Source of the DNA: Okamejei kenojei
Taxonomy: Eukaryota
Assembly (NCBI GenBank): GCA_035221665.1
Contig: CM069149.1
Location: 13,392,001 to 13,456,000 of the forward strand
Length of the DNA: 64,000 nt
Reading direction: 5' to 3'
Within the stretch, counting starts at the first letter, position 1; every line of letters begins with the position of its first letter. This document shows positions 37,510 to 49,861 of this stretch, piece after piece. Under the pieces are notes generated by a model, which saw only the letters and a program-made list of their open reading frames with translations, was not told the origin of the DNA and searched no databases. The position numbers and the translations under genes are program-made.

Positions 37510-38410
37510 TTGTGTCCATATTCTAATGGCATTGTTAAGTTTGTCAGGTAACATAATGTGGTTGATATAGTGCATATGGACTTTCCAAAGACATTTTATG
37601 GATGACCACGTCATATACCTATTAGCAAAATTGAACCTCATGATTATGTGAGTGGTATGTTATGAATATAACATTGGTTAAGAACAGAAAACAGAGGAAC
37701 TATGAATAGATCGTTAGATAGGATGAGACGGAAGAGGTTAACTGTGATATTGTGGAGGATCGATGACCTTTACCTGGGCATAATTCCAATAATGCAAATG
37801 AAACATAATTCATGTGTACTGTGGACATGATGACAATAGTGACATATTTTAGGAAACGGTGGACAGACAGGTAAAATCAATGAGTACATGGTTGATGCAG
37901 AGAAGTGTGAAAATATGATTTTGGTAGGGAAAGAAAGCAGGCATTATGAATTAAATTGTATAATTATTGATAAAGTTGCAAGAACGGAGAGACTACATTT
38001 GCAAATCTTTGAAGTGCACCCGGGAATCCCAGAAGTTAGTTTTAAAAGCCTTTATTAACAGATAAATGGTAAACAGAACTAATACAAGTATGCTAAAGCT
38101 GACTAGGCCAAAGATCAAGTATTCATGATTAATTCTAACCATCATATTTTCAAGAAGAAGTTCAAACTCCAAGATTCAATGCCACGAGATCTACGAAAAT
38201 ACTAACAGTACAAGGTACTCAGTGTAGCTGAGTTAATCTCCATGGGCCTAAGACGTGTGAGGAGATTTGGTAATGTTTACAAAATCATAAATGGTTTGAC
38301 AAAATGAAGAGCAGCTATATCCAATGAGGAGATCTCAGTCTCTGAACCATGCAGATTTAAGGTGGTTATCAAAAGACCTCTAGGTGATCTGAAGAAACTT
38401 TCTGTCATGG
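37510..38410 (+). mobile_element. Degenerate CR1 reverse-transcriptase remnant
   Basis: VVDIVHMDFPKTF resembles VDVVYMDFQKAFD; many stops and indels. Confidence 0.55.
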
Positions 38411-40800
38411 ATCAGAATAATGGGAAACATTCTGCAGAAAATTGGATAAATAATTGAATGAAAATAAATTGCAACTCAATAAGCTGGACTCCCCCGGTAA
38501 GGGTATGAATGGCTGCCTTCTCTGCTACCTTCTTCCACACTTCTATGTAGCAGTTTTTAAGCAAACATGGAAGTGGAAAGGAAGTCAAAAACTGACAGGT
38601 TGTTGTCTGAAAAGTGATCAAAACAATGGTATAAAGGAGGGCTGTTGAAACAGGTTAAAGAGGTGGGTCTGAAATGCTTTAACAAAAATAGAATTACTTC
38701 AGGCACCTGTTGTCTGAAACCACAAATTAACAATCTAGCTTTCAATATCTAACTTTTATTTGAGCTACTTAAGTCAGCTTTAAAATAAATCGTGATTTGC
38801 ACTATTGTTTGAGTAAAGAATTGCTTCCTGGCATCACCACTGAACAATCTAGTCTAATTTTAAGTTTGTCCCATTGCTTTGTTTGGTCACACCAGAGAAA
38901 ATAATTTCTCTTCATTTACTCTATTGAACCCATTTTTCATGTTAAAGAATCCAGTTGCATCATCACAATCTAAACACAAAAGTTAATACAGACTTAGTTT
39001 CTTCAAACTGCCCACAAAACTCTTTTGGTTTCATTCATTTGAATCTGCATTTAACCATTCCATGACCTTCCATTCCATATACTCTTTCTGAAGTGTGATG
39101 GCCAGATTTACTACAATTTTGTGAATACTCCGGTCTAACCAGAATTTTTTTTTTTGCACAATAACTCCTACCTCTTAGTATTGCAGCCCATTCAAAATGA
39201 AAGCTGGCATTCGATTAGCTGCTTTAAATAGTTTTTATTGACTTTTGTACCTGGGCGCATTCCTTTCGCAGTGGAGCACAAGCGTGCATCACATACACAC
39301 AATTCAATGAAATGCTTTGCAACATTCTTCTGCTTAACAGTTGCTGCTAACATATTGAAAAGATGGGGAAAAAAGGAGGTTTTATTGATTCTTTTTTCGG
39401 TCAGGCATTCCAACATGTGTGGTGACATCTGAAAGAAAAATAACATTGAATTAGTCAATTCAATGAAATTCTCGCTGCTGGTGATGATTTAAGAATAGAA
39501 AAGAAAAGAAACATTTTGATGTTTTCAGACTGATTAAGGAATTTCCCTTGTATGTATTCATTTTACTAATTGTAAATAATCATTATAAACGGTTCATTAA
39601 TATATAGCAGAAGATCTGGCAGTGAGACAACAGTTTTCATTAACTTTTCGGTGAAGATTGTGAATTTATATTTTGAATATAGGCACAATTATGATACCTC
39701 CCCTACAATCAGTATTACTGATTAAAATGCGGAAACTGTTAATAATTATGCTGTTAACCACCCTGGGGAAATCTTGATAAGACTATAAATAGTGTAAGCA
39801 GCACCAACCCTACTCCAGTTGTGAGTGACTAGACATCTTTGAGAATGTTAAATGAAAATTTCCTCGAAGTGGAATTAAAAAAAAAGAATTGTTGGAGACC
39901 GGCTAAAAATACAATTTGTCTGTGAATCAGTGAAGTTTCTGGCACCGATGCTACAGCCTCCTTAATACATGGGGTCTGGTTTGATCTATTTAAAATTCAT
40001 TCTGATGTGTAGACGAAGACTTGAGCTTGCTGATGCTCTTTCTTTCCTAGAAAAGGCAGCTGTAATTGTTTGTAAAGGTCATTCCACGGACACAGAAAAA
40101 AAAACTGAAGCATGACAGGAAATAGCAAGCGACCTATTTTAAAAGAAGGCTGCCCTTCTGCAAGGATTTTTCTTCAGGTCTTGCCTGACAAAGATACTAT
40201 ACAAGAAGAAAAGCACAGGCATCTCTGGCTGTATTATATAGGCTTTTAAAATACACTGGTATTTCATTCGACTCTTTCCTTGGTTCTGACAAATTGGTTT
40301 TGATTTCAACATAACTTAAATCATTGTCAAAACTATGGTGCATTTTATTTGCTGGTTTGAAGAATGTTGTCCCAAAAGATGTGGGTGGTTTCAACTATTG
40401 TAAGAGGTATCGTGTATATCTATCTCGATACAACTAATAAAATCAAGACAACCATTTCATAACTTTACAGTTCAATAAACTGGTTAGAAGAGTTTTTTTG
40501 TACCATTTGATGTCTAACCCCTCACTCCCCTTAAATAAAACAAGCTTCAAGTTTTGTAGTGCATTATAACATGAGCAGATTTTTAAATAATCAGATATGC
40601 AGTATGTTTCTATAGTTCAAGATACTCTTTTTAACTTTAATTTCTAATCAATATTTAAAGTATCCATGGTATTTGACATCATAGCTTCATTGTCCACTAA
40701 ACATGTCATTTCCCTGGGATTTTTGCAATGCTGAACATCTTGCTTCTGTGAAAAGGGAATAAAGTAAATTCTCTCGTTATGCAAGCGATATTGGGTATTA

Positions 40801-40911
40801 TGTCATGAGTTAAAATGCATAGGTATCACAGTGACATTTGTTCTATCAATATATTTGCAGTTACAAACAAATGTCACTGTTTTAAAGATCTTTGCATTTT
40901 AACTCATGACA
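40801..40911. repeat. 111-bp hairpin-forming inverted repeat
   Basis: 19-bp perfect outer arms (40801-40819 / 40893-40911) and 15-bp perfect inner arms (40828-40842 / 40866-40880). Confidence 0.9.
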
Positions 40912-41048
40912 AAATGGGTATATTTGCAGTTGTATATATGCATTTTTCAAATCGGTCAAAATGACTAGTAAATAATGTGTAAAATATGCAGATAAATACC
41001 TTCTATTAAAGTTTAACTAACTTACGTTCATTTTTTTCTTACAAACAG

Positions 41049-41173
41049 AAGCCACTGCACCACCAAAGAGTGGTCCCCAACCTTTGAAGCAGGAACGCAT
41101 GTCCTTTCGCGATAATCAAATGCGTCTCAGTACAGGTTGGGGAACTGGGAAGAAGAGAGGAAAACCATCCTAA
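41049..41173 (+). CDS. LRRIQ1: LRRIQ1 terminal coding exon (not in supplied ORF track)
   Basis: tttttttcttacaaacag|AA is phase-compatible with the 32602 donor. Encodes (K)ATAPPKSGPQPLKQERMSFRDNQMRLSTGWGTGKKRGKPS*, similar to the recalled ERISFRDN..GWG.GKKR C-terminus of long LRRIQ1 isoforms. Confidence 0.85.
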
Positions 41174-41461
41174 TCATTACCTGTTTTCATGGGAACTGTG
41201 TTAACAAGTAAACAAATATGTCTACTATCATTAAGGTTATGCCACTAAAGTTTAAAATATTTAGCATGTTTGGCTAGAAATTTCTATCATATTTGCAAAT
41301 GTGGGTCATTTTACATTAGTGAGATTAGTTGTTTGACAGAGCTGTTGAACAAAATAATGACAAATTCATTATGGAAATACTGTTCATTGCTATGTCCTTT
41401 TATTGTGATACATATTGATTTGTGGATTTTTGTAGTCTCTACCAGTGATTTTCACAAAAAC

Positions 41462-41467
41462 AATAAA
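41462..41467 (+). terminator. Candidate LRRIQ1 polyadenylation signal
   Basis: AATAAA ~290 bp after the stop codon. Confidence 0.4.
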
Positions 41468-41606
41468 AACTAGCATATTAAAACAGTATTGTAATTCTTA
41501 TGTCCAGCTATAATAACACACTCAAAAACCCATTGCACCTAATTCGTATGAAAGGTAATATTTCAGAATACATTAAAAGATTTCTGGCTAACATGAATAA
41601 TTTGTC

Positions 41607-41790
41607 AGTACACAGAAGGCTGGAGAAACTCAGCGGGTGCAGCAGCATCTAAGGAGTGAAGGAGATAGGCGACGTTTCGGGTCAAGACCCTTCTTCAGAC
41701 TGGTCAGGGATCAGGGAAACTAGAGATATAGACGGTGATGTGGAGAGATAAGGAACAATGAATGAAAGATATGCAAAAAAGTATCGATGA
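41607..41790 (-). mobile_element. Penelope-LTR-like repeat with intact minimal hammerhead core
   Basis: Minus strand reads AGT-CTGAAGA-A-GGGTC-TT-GACCC-GAAA-C-GTC (41698 to 41671). Confidence 0.75.
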
Positions 41791-42869
41791 ATAATTTGTC
41801 GTAAGTTTCTTCAAACCATGATTTTGTTTGTAGCTGTTCATAATCCATTATTTAGGGAACATTCTTCACCTAAAATAAAACTATTAATGTACAATAAAAT
41901 CAATATATTATCCTGAATCATATGATAGTATGTCATTACTGTTCAATTTATGCCCTTAAATGAGCAACTGAACCAACATTTAGCTATTTTTCTTAATAAT
42001 AGCTCCTTCTGACACCTTAATTGAAGGAATGCACTTATTTTAATTATAACTTTGTAGATTATAGGTATTGCTATGGAGGACCGATACCTAAATTTGAAAT
42101 TGTGCCTGTGGTGAATGCTAAACCCATTACTTCTATGCTTCTTACATATAACTTCATTCTTTTCAAGATTTCTTTTGTAATGAATTGAGATTTTTTTTTT
42201 CTGATTGAACTGAGCTATTTTGTACTGTGACAATTTCCTATATTTTACTGTTTGTTTAAATTTGTGCTGTGAGTGTATTCAGGGCATTTTGTGTCACACA
42301 GTGTGTGTTTCATTGTTTAATTGGGTGCTTAATTTAAAGAAAAATTACTATAAATAACTAATTCAAAATGCAATTTCAAACGGTTTCAGCAACAATAATC
42401 TGTTTTTTAAGAGGATCTTTTCAGAACATAACATGTTTTTTTATTATTATATTACAGGAAACAACAGCTTATGTTTAAACATGGCTATTACTCTCTCCAT
42501 TTGAGTTTTCTTTTACATCTTTGCAGCATATTTGAGTATATTTGTATTGTTTTAGAATTGACATAAAGTCAGGCTTCTGGTATTTGTGCTTCAATAAAAA
42601 CTACAATTAGAACAAAAATGATGAAGGAAGAGAGAGTACCAGGATAACGCTGAAAAAAATGTGCTGCAAAATAATCTGAATAATGAGATCTATTCTTTTG
42701 TGGGATGAGATGTAAATTGCTCGGACAGGGAATCATGTAGGACTTTCATTTAGGAAACTGGGATTTTGATAGTGTAATACCACTAGGAATGAAAGGAATG
42801 CAACTAATGCAACAATAAATGTAGGCGTACTAGTCTTAACCCAGGGCACATCATTATAGGCACGTTTGC

Positions 42870-42955
42870 TTGAAGAACGTTCCCGACCCGAAACGTCACC
42901 CGGTCTTTTCCTCCAGAGATGCTGCCTGACCCGCTGCATTATGTGTTTATCTTTA
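42870..42955 (+). mobile_element. Penelope-LTR-like short repeat
   Basis: TGAAGAACGTTCCCGACCCGAAACGTCACC..CTCCAGAGATGCTGCCTGACCCGCTG. Confidence 0.7.
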
Positions 42956-43630
42956 GCCTATAACCTCAATTAGACTGCATACACTTGAACACAGGCTCAC
43001 CTTTAAGAAAATCAAAGATATTTCAGTGGACAACTTAACTGATTTACACTTGGCGTGAACCTGCGCCGGAGCAAAGCTAGAATGTAGAACCATCTGATTT
43101 AGATACCCTGTCGATAGACCAGTTATTTCCCTTTACTGATAGCGACTGTCTTGGGGTTCTTTGCAACATTTGATAAAGATTTAACCTCTGCTTTGCAGTG
43201 CTTCAGTATTTAGTGCCTTGTCTCCCTCTCCCCTGCGCGAAGTGTCAAAACAATATTTAAAAAAAAACATATTATTAAAATACCATTAAAAGTCAGCGAA
43301 AGGGTCTCCCAGTCACCCAGTCTTTCACTCCAGAGAACATTTTGTGTCAATCTTTGCTTTTGATTGTTCAACAGTTGCAACCGCGTTGCATCAGCAGGAA
43401 ACTATACAGCGATGCCCTGCTATTTGTGACCATCGTGGGAGGAATGGATACGCCACAGCTCCGCTACAAAATGTAAACTAGATCAATGCCAATATTTGTT
43501 CCACATTTCTTTATAATCCGTACGCTTGTTTTTACGTTCTCGCCTGTTCGTGCACTCGCTATCTTTCAGTGCAGTGTATGCATTATTCATATAGACTGAC
43601 TTCTGTGTTACATTTTAATATAAATAAACG

Positions 43631-43718
43631 AAGATAGACACAAAACGCTGGAGTGGGTCAGGCAGCATCTCCGGATAGAAGGAATGGGTGACGTTTCGAG
43701 TCGAGATCCTTCTTCAAA
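43631..43718 (-). mobile_element. Penelope-LTR-like short repeat
   Basis: AGACACAAAACGCTGGAG..GGTGACGTTTCGAGTCGAGATCCTTCTTCA. Confidence 0.7.
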
Positions 43719-45947
43719 CTATAAATGAACTAAGGTTTATCAAGGAATTAATATTTGTTAGTTTACTACCTTATTTACACTAAGGAAACTCTACAGTCAA
43801 CAGCCATTAGGGTATATTTTTGCATTGCTTCCTGTTGATTCCTATTATGGACGTGGCTGGATTCACCGCACGCAATGTCAGCGTGTCTCATGATGCAGTT
43901 TACTGAGTTTAGCTCGTCCTGATGTGTCGAGCGATAATTGAATACTGCTTAAAAGTAATGATCGCGTTACCTGTGTGTCATCTGGTACTCGTGTGCAGAA
44001 AGCGTCGTATACATTCGTTTGGCAAGTTGAGAGAGGAAAGATAATCTCAATCAGCAAACAGCAAATAGACTGAAGGTAGACAATCGTATTGTTGCAACTT
44101 ATTGGTGAACATTTCAAATGATTTAACAGACCTGCGGAATAAAGATCATCAAGCATCGATCATAAACGGCACTGAACGGTAAGATTGCAATTGTTTTGCA
44201 AATCCCTAAAATAGTTTATATTCCACTTGCACTGTCCTACGGTTGTTGTATTTTCAATACAGAGGTGATTCGTGTTGTCAGCGGCGTGGTTTAACATGTC
44301 TGAGTGATCGTTCGGGACCCTCGGGGTGGTTGTAAATGTCTTGTTCGCTCTGAATCAACAGAATGATTTCAAATTGCACCTGATGTTGGAATTCCGATTC
44401 AGAACTAAAGCTTTCTAGTATTGCATCTTTTTTGGTGTTTGTTGCTTTAAACTGTCTCGCGTCTTGTCCTCAATAGAAGCATGATCAGACCTGCTGAGTG
44501 TGCATTGTTACACTGTTTCTTATGAAACGTTAAGCCTTTGACCCGTCACAATGCAATCCCGTGTTTGCACTCCACGCTTGTGGAGTCCACGTTTAAACAT
44601 GTGACATACTCAGAAGTATGATCCTGGCGGAAAGGAGTTGAATCAAATAAACAATTAAACTTCGGCGAAGAGGAAATTGTTCGTCGTTTTTGACGCTACC
44701 GATAGGAAGATTTTTAGGAGCTTCTTCATCATACATACTTCCTTTTTAAACGCGACGTCGCTTTCCGCTAACTCAATTTCGCAATTTAAAAGACATTTAT
44801 CTCCCACTGAAAGATCACGATTACAAACTCACCTCTACGCACACTTTGCCCATGTAGAGGTGAGAAATGAAACCGTCAAAAACTGCGGTGAAAACAACTC
44901 AATAGCAAACATGTATGTGTATGTCATCCTTGGTACCAGACAACATTCATACGAGCATGACACCCATGTGCACAACACGAGGAAGTGGAAGGGGTTTCCA
45001 AGTCCATTGATCTTTTTTGAAAATTGTATCCAAAGTGAGGGATGGGTAATTGAGGATAAAAAAAGCAAAAACATTAGTCCTGACCCTAAAAAAAACATTT
45101 CTGTTCTCGTGTCGAAAGTTATGCCAAATGAATAATATTTTTTTTAAATAAATATTATCCTTCATATACAATGGCAAGTTATGCCAGTTGTTGAGTGGAT
45201 AATACTTTTCAAGGATGTTGCCATGTATTTGTCTTGTACTAAAAACTATTGAACACACCTTCCTTAAATATTTCCAGAAATGTATGCAGCGATGTGGTTT
45301 TGTATCAACCTATTTTGTCAAGACCCAAACACAGTGTTTTAAAGCTGCGTTTAATTTGAATGTGATCGCTGAGCGCATGTGTCAATTGGCGACTCAAAAA
45401 AAAATGTATTACCTCCAAGTGTTTATATGCTGCAAGTCACTGTAGGTTCCCATTATCGCCAGAGGAACTGGTCCATGGGCCGTCACGATACCCGCACAAA
45501 CCATCCCTACAAACACTCCCTAATCTGTGTCCATCCTACTTCAGTGGATGTTGGTGAATCACACGAAGTCGTGTTTCCCATCTCTATACTTTTTCGAAAA
45601 AAACCCAGAGAAATATGTGCCTCAAACATCTTGTCAGATTCGCAAATTGGCCGATCTGATATGCAGACGAAATTTTAAAAACACAACCTATCGAGTAAAA
45701 TGCTCAATTATATTGAATACTGACATGTTAATCATGCTGATGAACTGGCTCTCTTTATTTTTTCCGCACTCTCCCAGAGATCTATACTAAACAATCTGGT
45801 CTAATGTATTCAGGTAGTCAGATTGTTATCCACTCTATTGATTTATCGGAATATATAAACGTAATGTTCCACCCAGCTTTACTTGGCAAAGTAGGGTTTG
45901 CGTGTGTAGAAGCGAAGTGTCAAAACAATATTTGAAAACATACTAAA

Positions 45948-46045
45948 AGTCTGAAGAAGGGTCTCGACCCGAATCGTCACCCGTTCGTTCTATCCAGAGA
46001 TGCTGCCTGTCACGCTGAGTTATTCCAGCATTTTGTGTTTCTCTT
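45948..46045 (+). mobile_element. Penelope-LTR-like short repeat ~0.5 kb upstream of the ALX1 ATG
   Basis: CTGAAGAAGGGTCTCGACCCGAATCGTCACC..GCTGAGTTATTCCAGCATTTTGTGT. Confidence 0.75.
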
Positions 46046-46259
46046 CTTTTAAAACGATCAACAGGTTCTACGTTTAAGGAATTGATGAAATATAATGGAC
46101 AATACGACGTAAACAGTGTGAAGTTTGTCTTTGTCGGAAACAAAACGCGGGTTATTTGTAGCACTGTCGGCACAATATCAATATGAACAAAAAGAAACAG
46201 AAACTCGAGGCTGAAGCCTTTCGACTACCAAAGGCACTTTTACGTTTCGTTGCTGCTTA

Positions 46260-46365
46260 GGGGTGTACTCGGGGTGGAGAGTACGACTCTGAGATTTGCA
46301 TATTCATTCGGTTGGGAGGAGGCTGCATTCAGACGGCCAGCGCGTTTACTCTATATAGGGCTCTT
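46260..46365 (+). promoter_or_regulatory. Putative ALX1 proximal promoter
   Basis: GC-box-like GGGGTGGAG, octamer ATTTGCAT (46294-46301) and TATA-like TATATAG (46352), 110-200 bp upstream of the ATG. Confidence 0.4.
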
Positions 46366-46471
46366 TCTCCAAAGCTTACCCACGGCCAAACGCTGCAGTT
46401 TCTATCTGAACGTATTCACAGCGAGAAAGGATCCCTCCTGCGAGACCTCCGTTAAATTGGTTTAGATGATT

Positions 46472-46694
46472 ATGGAATTTGCAAATGAGAATTTTCCAGT
46501 CGTTGGCCATTACTCGAAAGGGAACGAGTACTACGTGGGAGCAGAAGCAACCCTGGAACACGTTATGGACAGCATGGAAGGGGGACCTTTCTACAACAAG
46601 AATGCTTCAAAACGGATCCACACTTTTCTTAACATGGAAAGCAACGAGCCTCGTGAGAGACTTGCAAAGACCGTTCACGAGGACGGTGCGAACG
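46472..46694 (+). CDS. ALX1: ALX1 (CART1) coding exon 1
   Basis: MEFANENF..SKGNEYYVGAEATLEHVMDSMEGGPFYNK aligns with recalled human [37 protein letters not shown]; phase-1 donor AACG|gtaggt. An in-frame ATG lies 2 codons upstream (46466). Confidence 0.9.
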
Positions 46695-49600
46695 GTAGGT
46701 GTGACCACTACTATCTGCCACCACTATCGCCCGCAGTGTGTATGTTTTGGTTTATTTCACGGACAGGTCATCAAAAATAATAAAACAAATATCCAGAAAA
46801 TACCTTGTACATTTAAGTTGTCCATCGGTCTGCTTGCTTTGCGCATAGTTGTTGTAATTTGTCTTAAACGGTGCGGCGCAAATAATTGTCATCATTTTTA
46901 TATATAAATCTCTTTTTCAAGAATGGTGACTATTGCTTTCGAGAACTGTCTCATCTTAACCATAAATGACAAGCAGGAATTGCCGTTTATTCTGGTAGTT
47001 CCTCGATGTGGAGGTGATATGTTACCATAACAAACTATTTATCTTGTTTCAGTAACCTATTGTGCAGTCGGCGGAACATGGCGAAAGGTTTTCACAACTC
47101 TAATACAGCTACACATAAAATCTCCTTGACCTGTTTTATGACCTCAAGCTGCAGTTGATGTTTTTAGTTCTAAAATCCTCGACAGGCTAATTTCCAGTGG
47201 TCCGATTAATGCGGTATTGAGAAAAACAAATCACCGATACATTGTATTTGCTACATTGAAAGGTGATTAGCTGCTTGGTATTGTTTTTAAATGACAAACC
47301 CCTGAAGTAAACAACATCTGGGTTCTGTCCAGTGCTCAGGGTCGAACCCCCACCCCCATGGATTTGGTGCTTTCTTTATTATTGGGGAGAAGCGCACCAA
47401 TCCGTCATCTATTGCAAACCAGCCCTAAACAATTTCTAATCCAAGCAGTAAATTACTCGTCAATAGGGCTTTACATACCTGAGTATCTCATAATCTATGA
47501 GTTGCAGCCAACCCGCCTTGGGAGTGGTGGGGAGGGGTTGTGCTGTATATTTTAAGCGTAGTCCTATCTCTACCTCACAATAAATATTTGAAAAATATCT
47601 CTTTTGATTCAGACAGTTCAGAAGAAGGCAGACCTCTCTCGTCAGCTTATTGATCAAGAAACAGTGATGCAGTGTGTTTTAGTAATGATAATCTATTGTC
47701 TGGAATAATGAAACTTGTATTTAAATCCTGTCAAATCTATATATATTTATTTATTTTATTTTATTATAAGCTGTCAATGAAAGTGCCCTCGCTTTTCATT
47801 GTCTTAAGAATGAAAATAGTTTAACCTGTAGGTGACTCCGGGCCCAAACTAGTACTGGGATATAATTTAAGTGTTCTGCCGTGTTGCATTAGCGGTTTAC
47901 ACTGTTCCATAAAATAGCTCATCGTAATCATAATAGTCACGTTATTTGTGATGAAATATCTCGAGATTTCTTTGAAAAATAACTTTTAGAGTATTATTTT
48001 GTTTTAAACTTTGCATATCAAGATTATAAATCGGATTATAATCAGGATTATAAATAGCCGGCCAGAATGTCAAAATATTGAAATTCTTCAAATATTTCTG
48101 CACCATTACTAAATAAGAACGGCGAGCATTTGGGAGAAACAGGTCTAATACTCTACTTGTTACTTTGTTTTAATGAAAACGTTAGCGTCAATACAGAGGT
48201 ACCTATTATTGGATTGAGAATGGTTCTTTTATCTTTATATGTCTTGGGTGAAGTGTTCAGAATCTCACCTCAGCCAATGTGTTTGTAATGCACATTGGGT
48301 TATTGAAAGGACGTCCATTTATTTCTGAGTGTAAGTTCACAAGGCCGTCTCTATCGCCATTTCCCCCAGTGGAATATGACGAACCTTTAAAAATATACAC
48401 GCATCGTTGTTGTGGTAATAAAATGAACTTGTACTGGACAGAAAAAGTCGGTTTTGAATCAAAATAACCAGAAAATCGCAGCTGCCGGCGCTAAATTTCA
48501 TTGAATTGCCACGAGTTATTTAAAAATGGACATTAAAAATCTGCTTTTATTCTTCAACTTCTGCAATTGACTCGACAGACAAAAAAAATCATAACTTTTC
48601 CGAGGCAATGAATAAAATAATAATTATATATATTTATTACAACGTGTTTTCTATGGACATTAAAACGTGCACTTTGTAAGGTACGAAAGGTTGGCCTCGC
48701 GAATCTGTTTAGAATAACGGCCTGATGTCAGATAAACACGTTACAGTCAGAAAGGTTTCTGTGGACTGGCCTCAGGATATGAAGATTAAATAATATTTCC
48801 TAACGTAACGTTATTTTTTAATGTAATAAATGCTGAATGATTAGTTCACATTTAGTTGATTGCCTGATTCGCGTAATCTATTTTTTGATTACATTTTCTG
48901 AACCTGTGATAAATTGTTTCATTCTAAAACTGTTTATTTTCAACTGGGAAATTAAGTACTTTATTTAATTAGGAACTTGTATCAACTTCTAGGATTTTCG
49001 ATGAAGAATCATTTTGAGAAAGTACTGCGGAATGGAACTGGCGTGTGAACTGTTCAAAACCCTATGGACCTCTTTCTTTTAATCAGATCTGGTTTCAATT
49101 GTCGTTGATTTCCTTTCATTGTATCTCCCGACGACCAGGCTGCGACTCGTTAGTTCCCCAAAACTAATGTGCAATCACACTGGGCAGCGACCATACCCCG
49201 GAAAGTAGTCATTCTTTTCGAAGTCCATGCCGCGAAACGAAATTTAGCCTAAACTCGGGACACGGCTGGAATTTCGTCTGCCTCGCTTGACACCGTACAT
49301 ATCATTCAGGTGCAATGCGAAACACTCTGGGTAATGATATGAATTACAGTCTGAGCAGCATTTACTAGTTGGCGTTTCAGTAGCCGACGGGGGATTTAAA
49401 CTCGGTACTAAATTACAGTTAAACAGCCAATGCCTCCTTCAGCTAATGTTCAGTCTGTGTTTAGTTTTCACGCAGGGATCATCTTTTCTTTTGGAAGAGT
49501 TGGGTTATAGATAGGAGAGAGCGAGGCATATTTAAAGATCATTCTCCCAGTGAGTGACCTACTAAATAATTAATTTACTGGAAAATTTTACCCTTTCGTT

Positions 49601-49716
49601 TCTGTGTCCGGGATAACAGTACGCATTGTGATTACTAAGCTTGCGTTGAAAATATTAATCTTCAATATGTTGCTCCTAGACCCGATAAAACGAAAAACAC
49701 GTGCATATTCTTGCCG

Positions 49717-49861
49717 AAGATAGACACCAAATGCTGGAGAAACTCAGCGGGACAGGCAGCATCTCTGGAGAGAAGGAATGGGTGACGTTTCGGGTCGAGA
49801 CCATTCTCCAGCATTTTGTGTCCAGCTTCGGTTTAAACCAGCATCTGCAGTTCCTTCCAAC
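49717..49861. mobile_element. Penelope-LTR-like insertion with inverted arms and a 14-bp flanking direct repeat
   Basis: GCATATTCTTGCCG at 49703-49716 and 49862-49875; a minus-strand arm is followed by a plus-strand arm. Confidence 0.8.

Noticed and set aside
44677-45135. 152-aa ORF upstream of ALX1
   Set aside because: TTG start, no recognisable homology or splice pattern; probably a chance ORF in the promoter domain.
46479-46907. 142-aa alternative-frame ORF overlapping ALX1 exon 1
   Set aside because: Runs across the donor into the intron; no evidence of coding.
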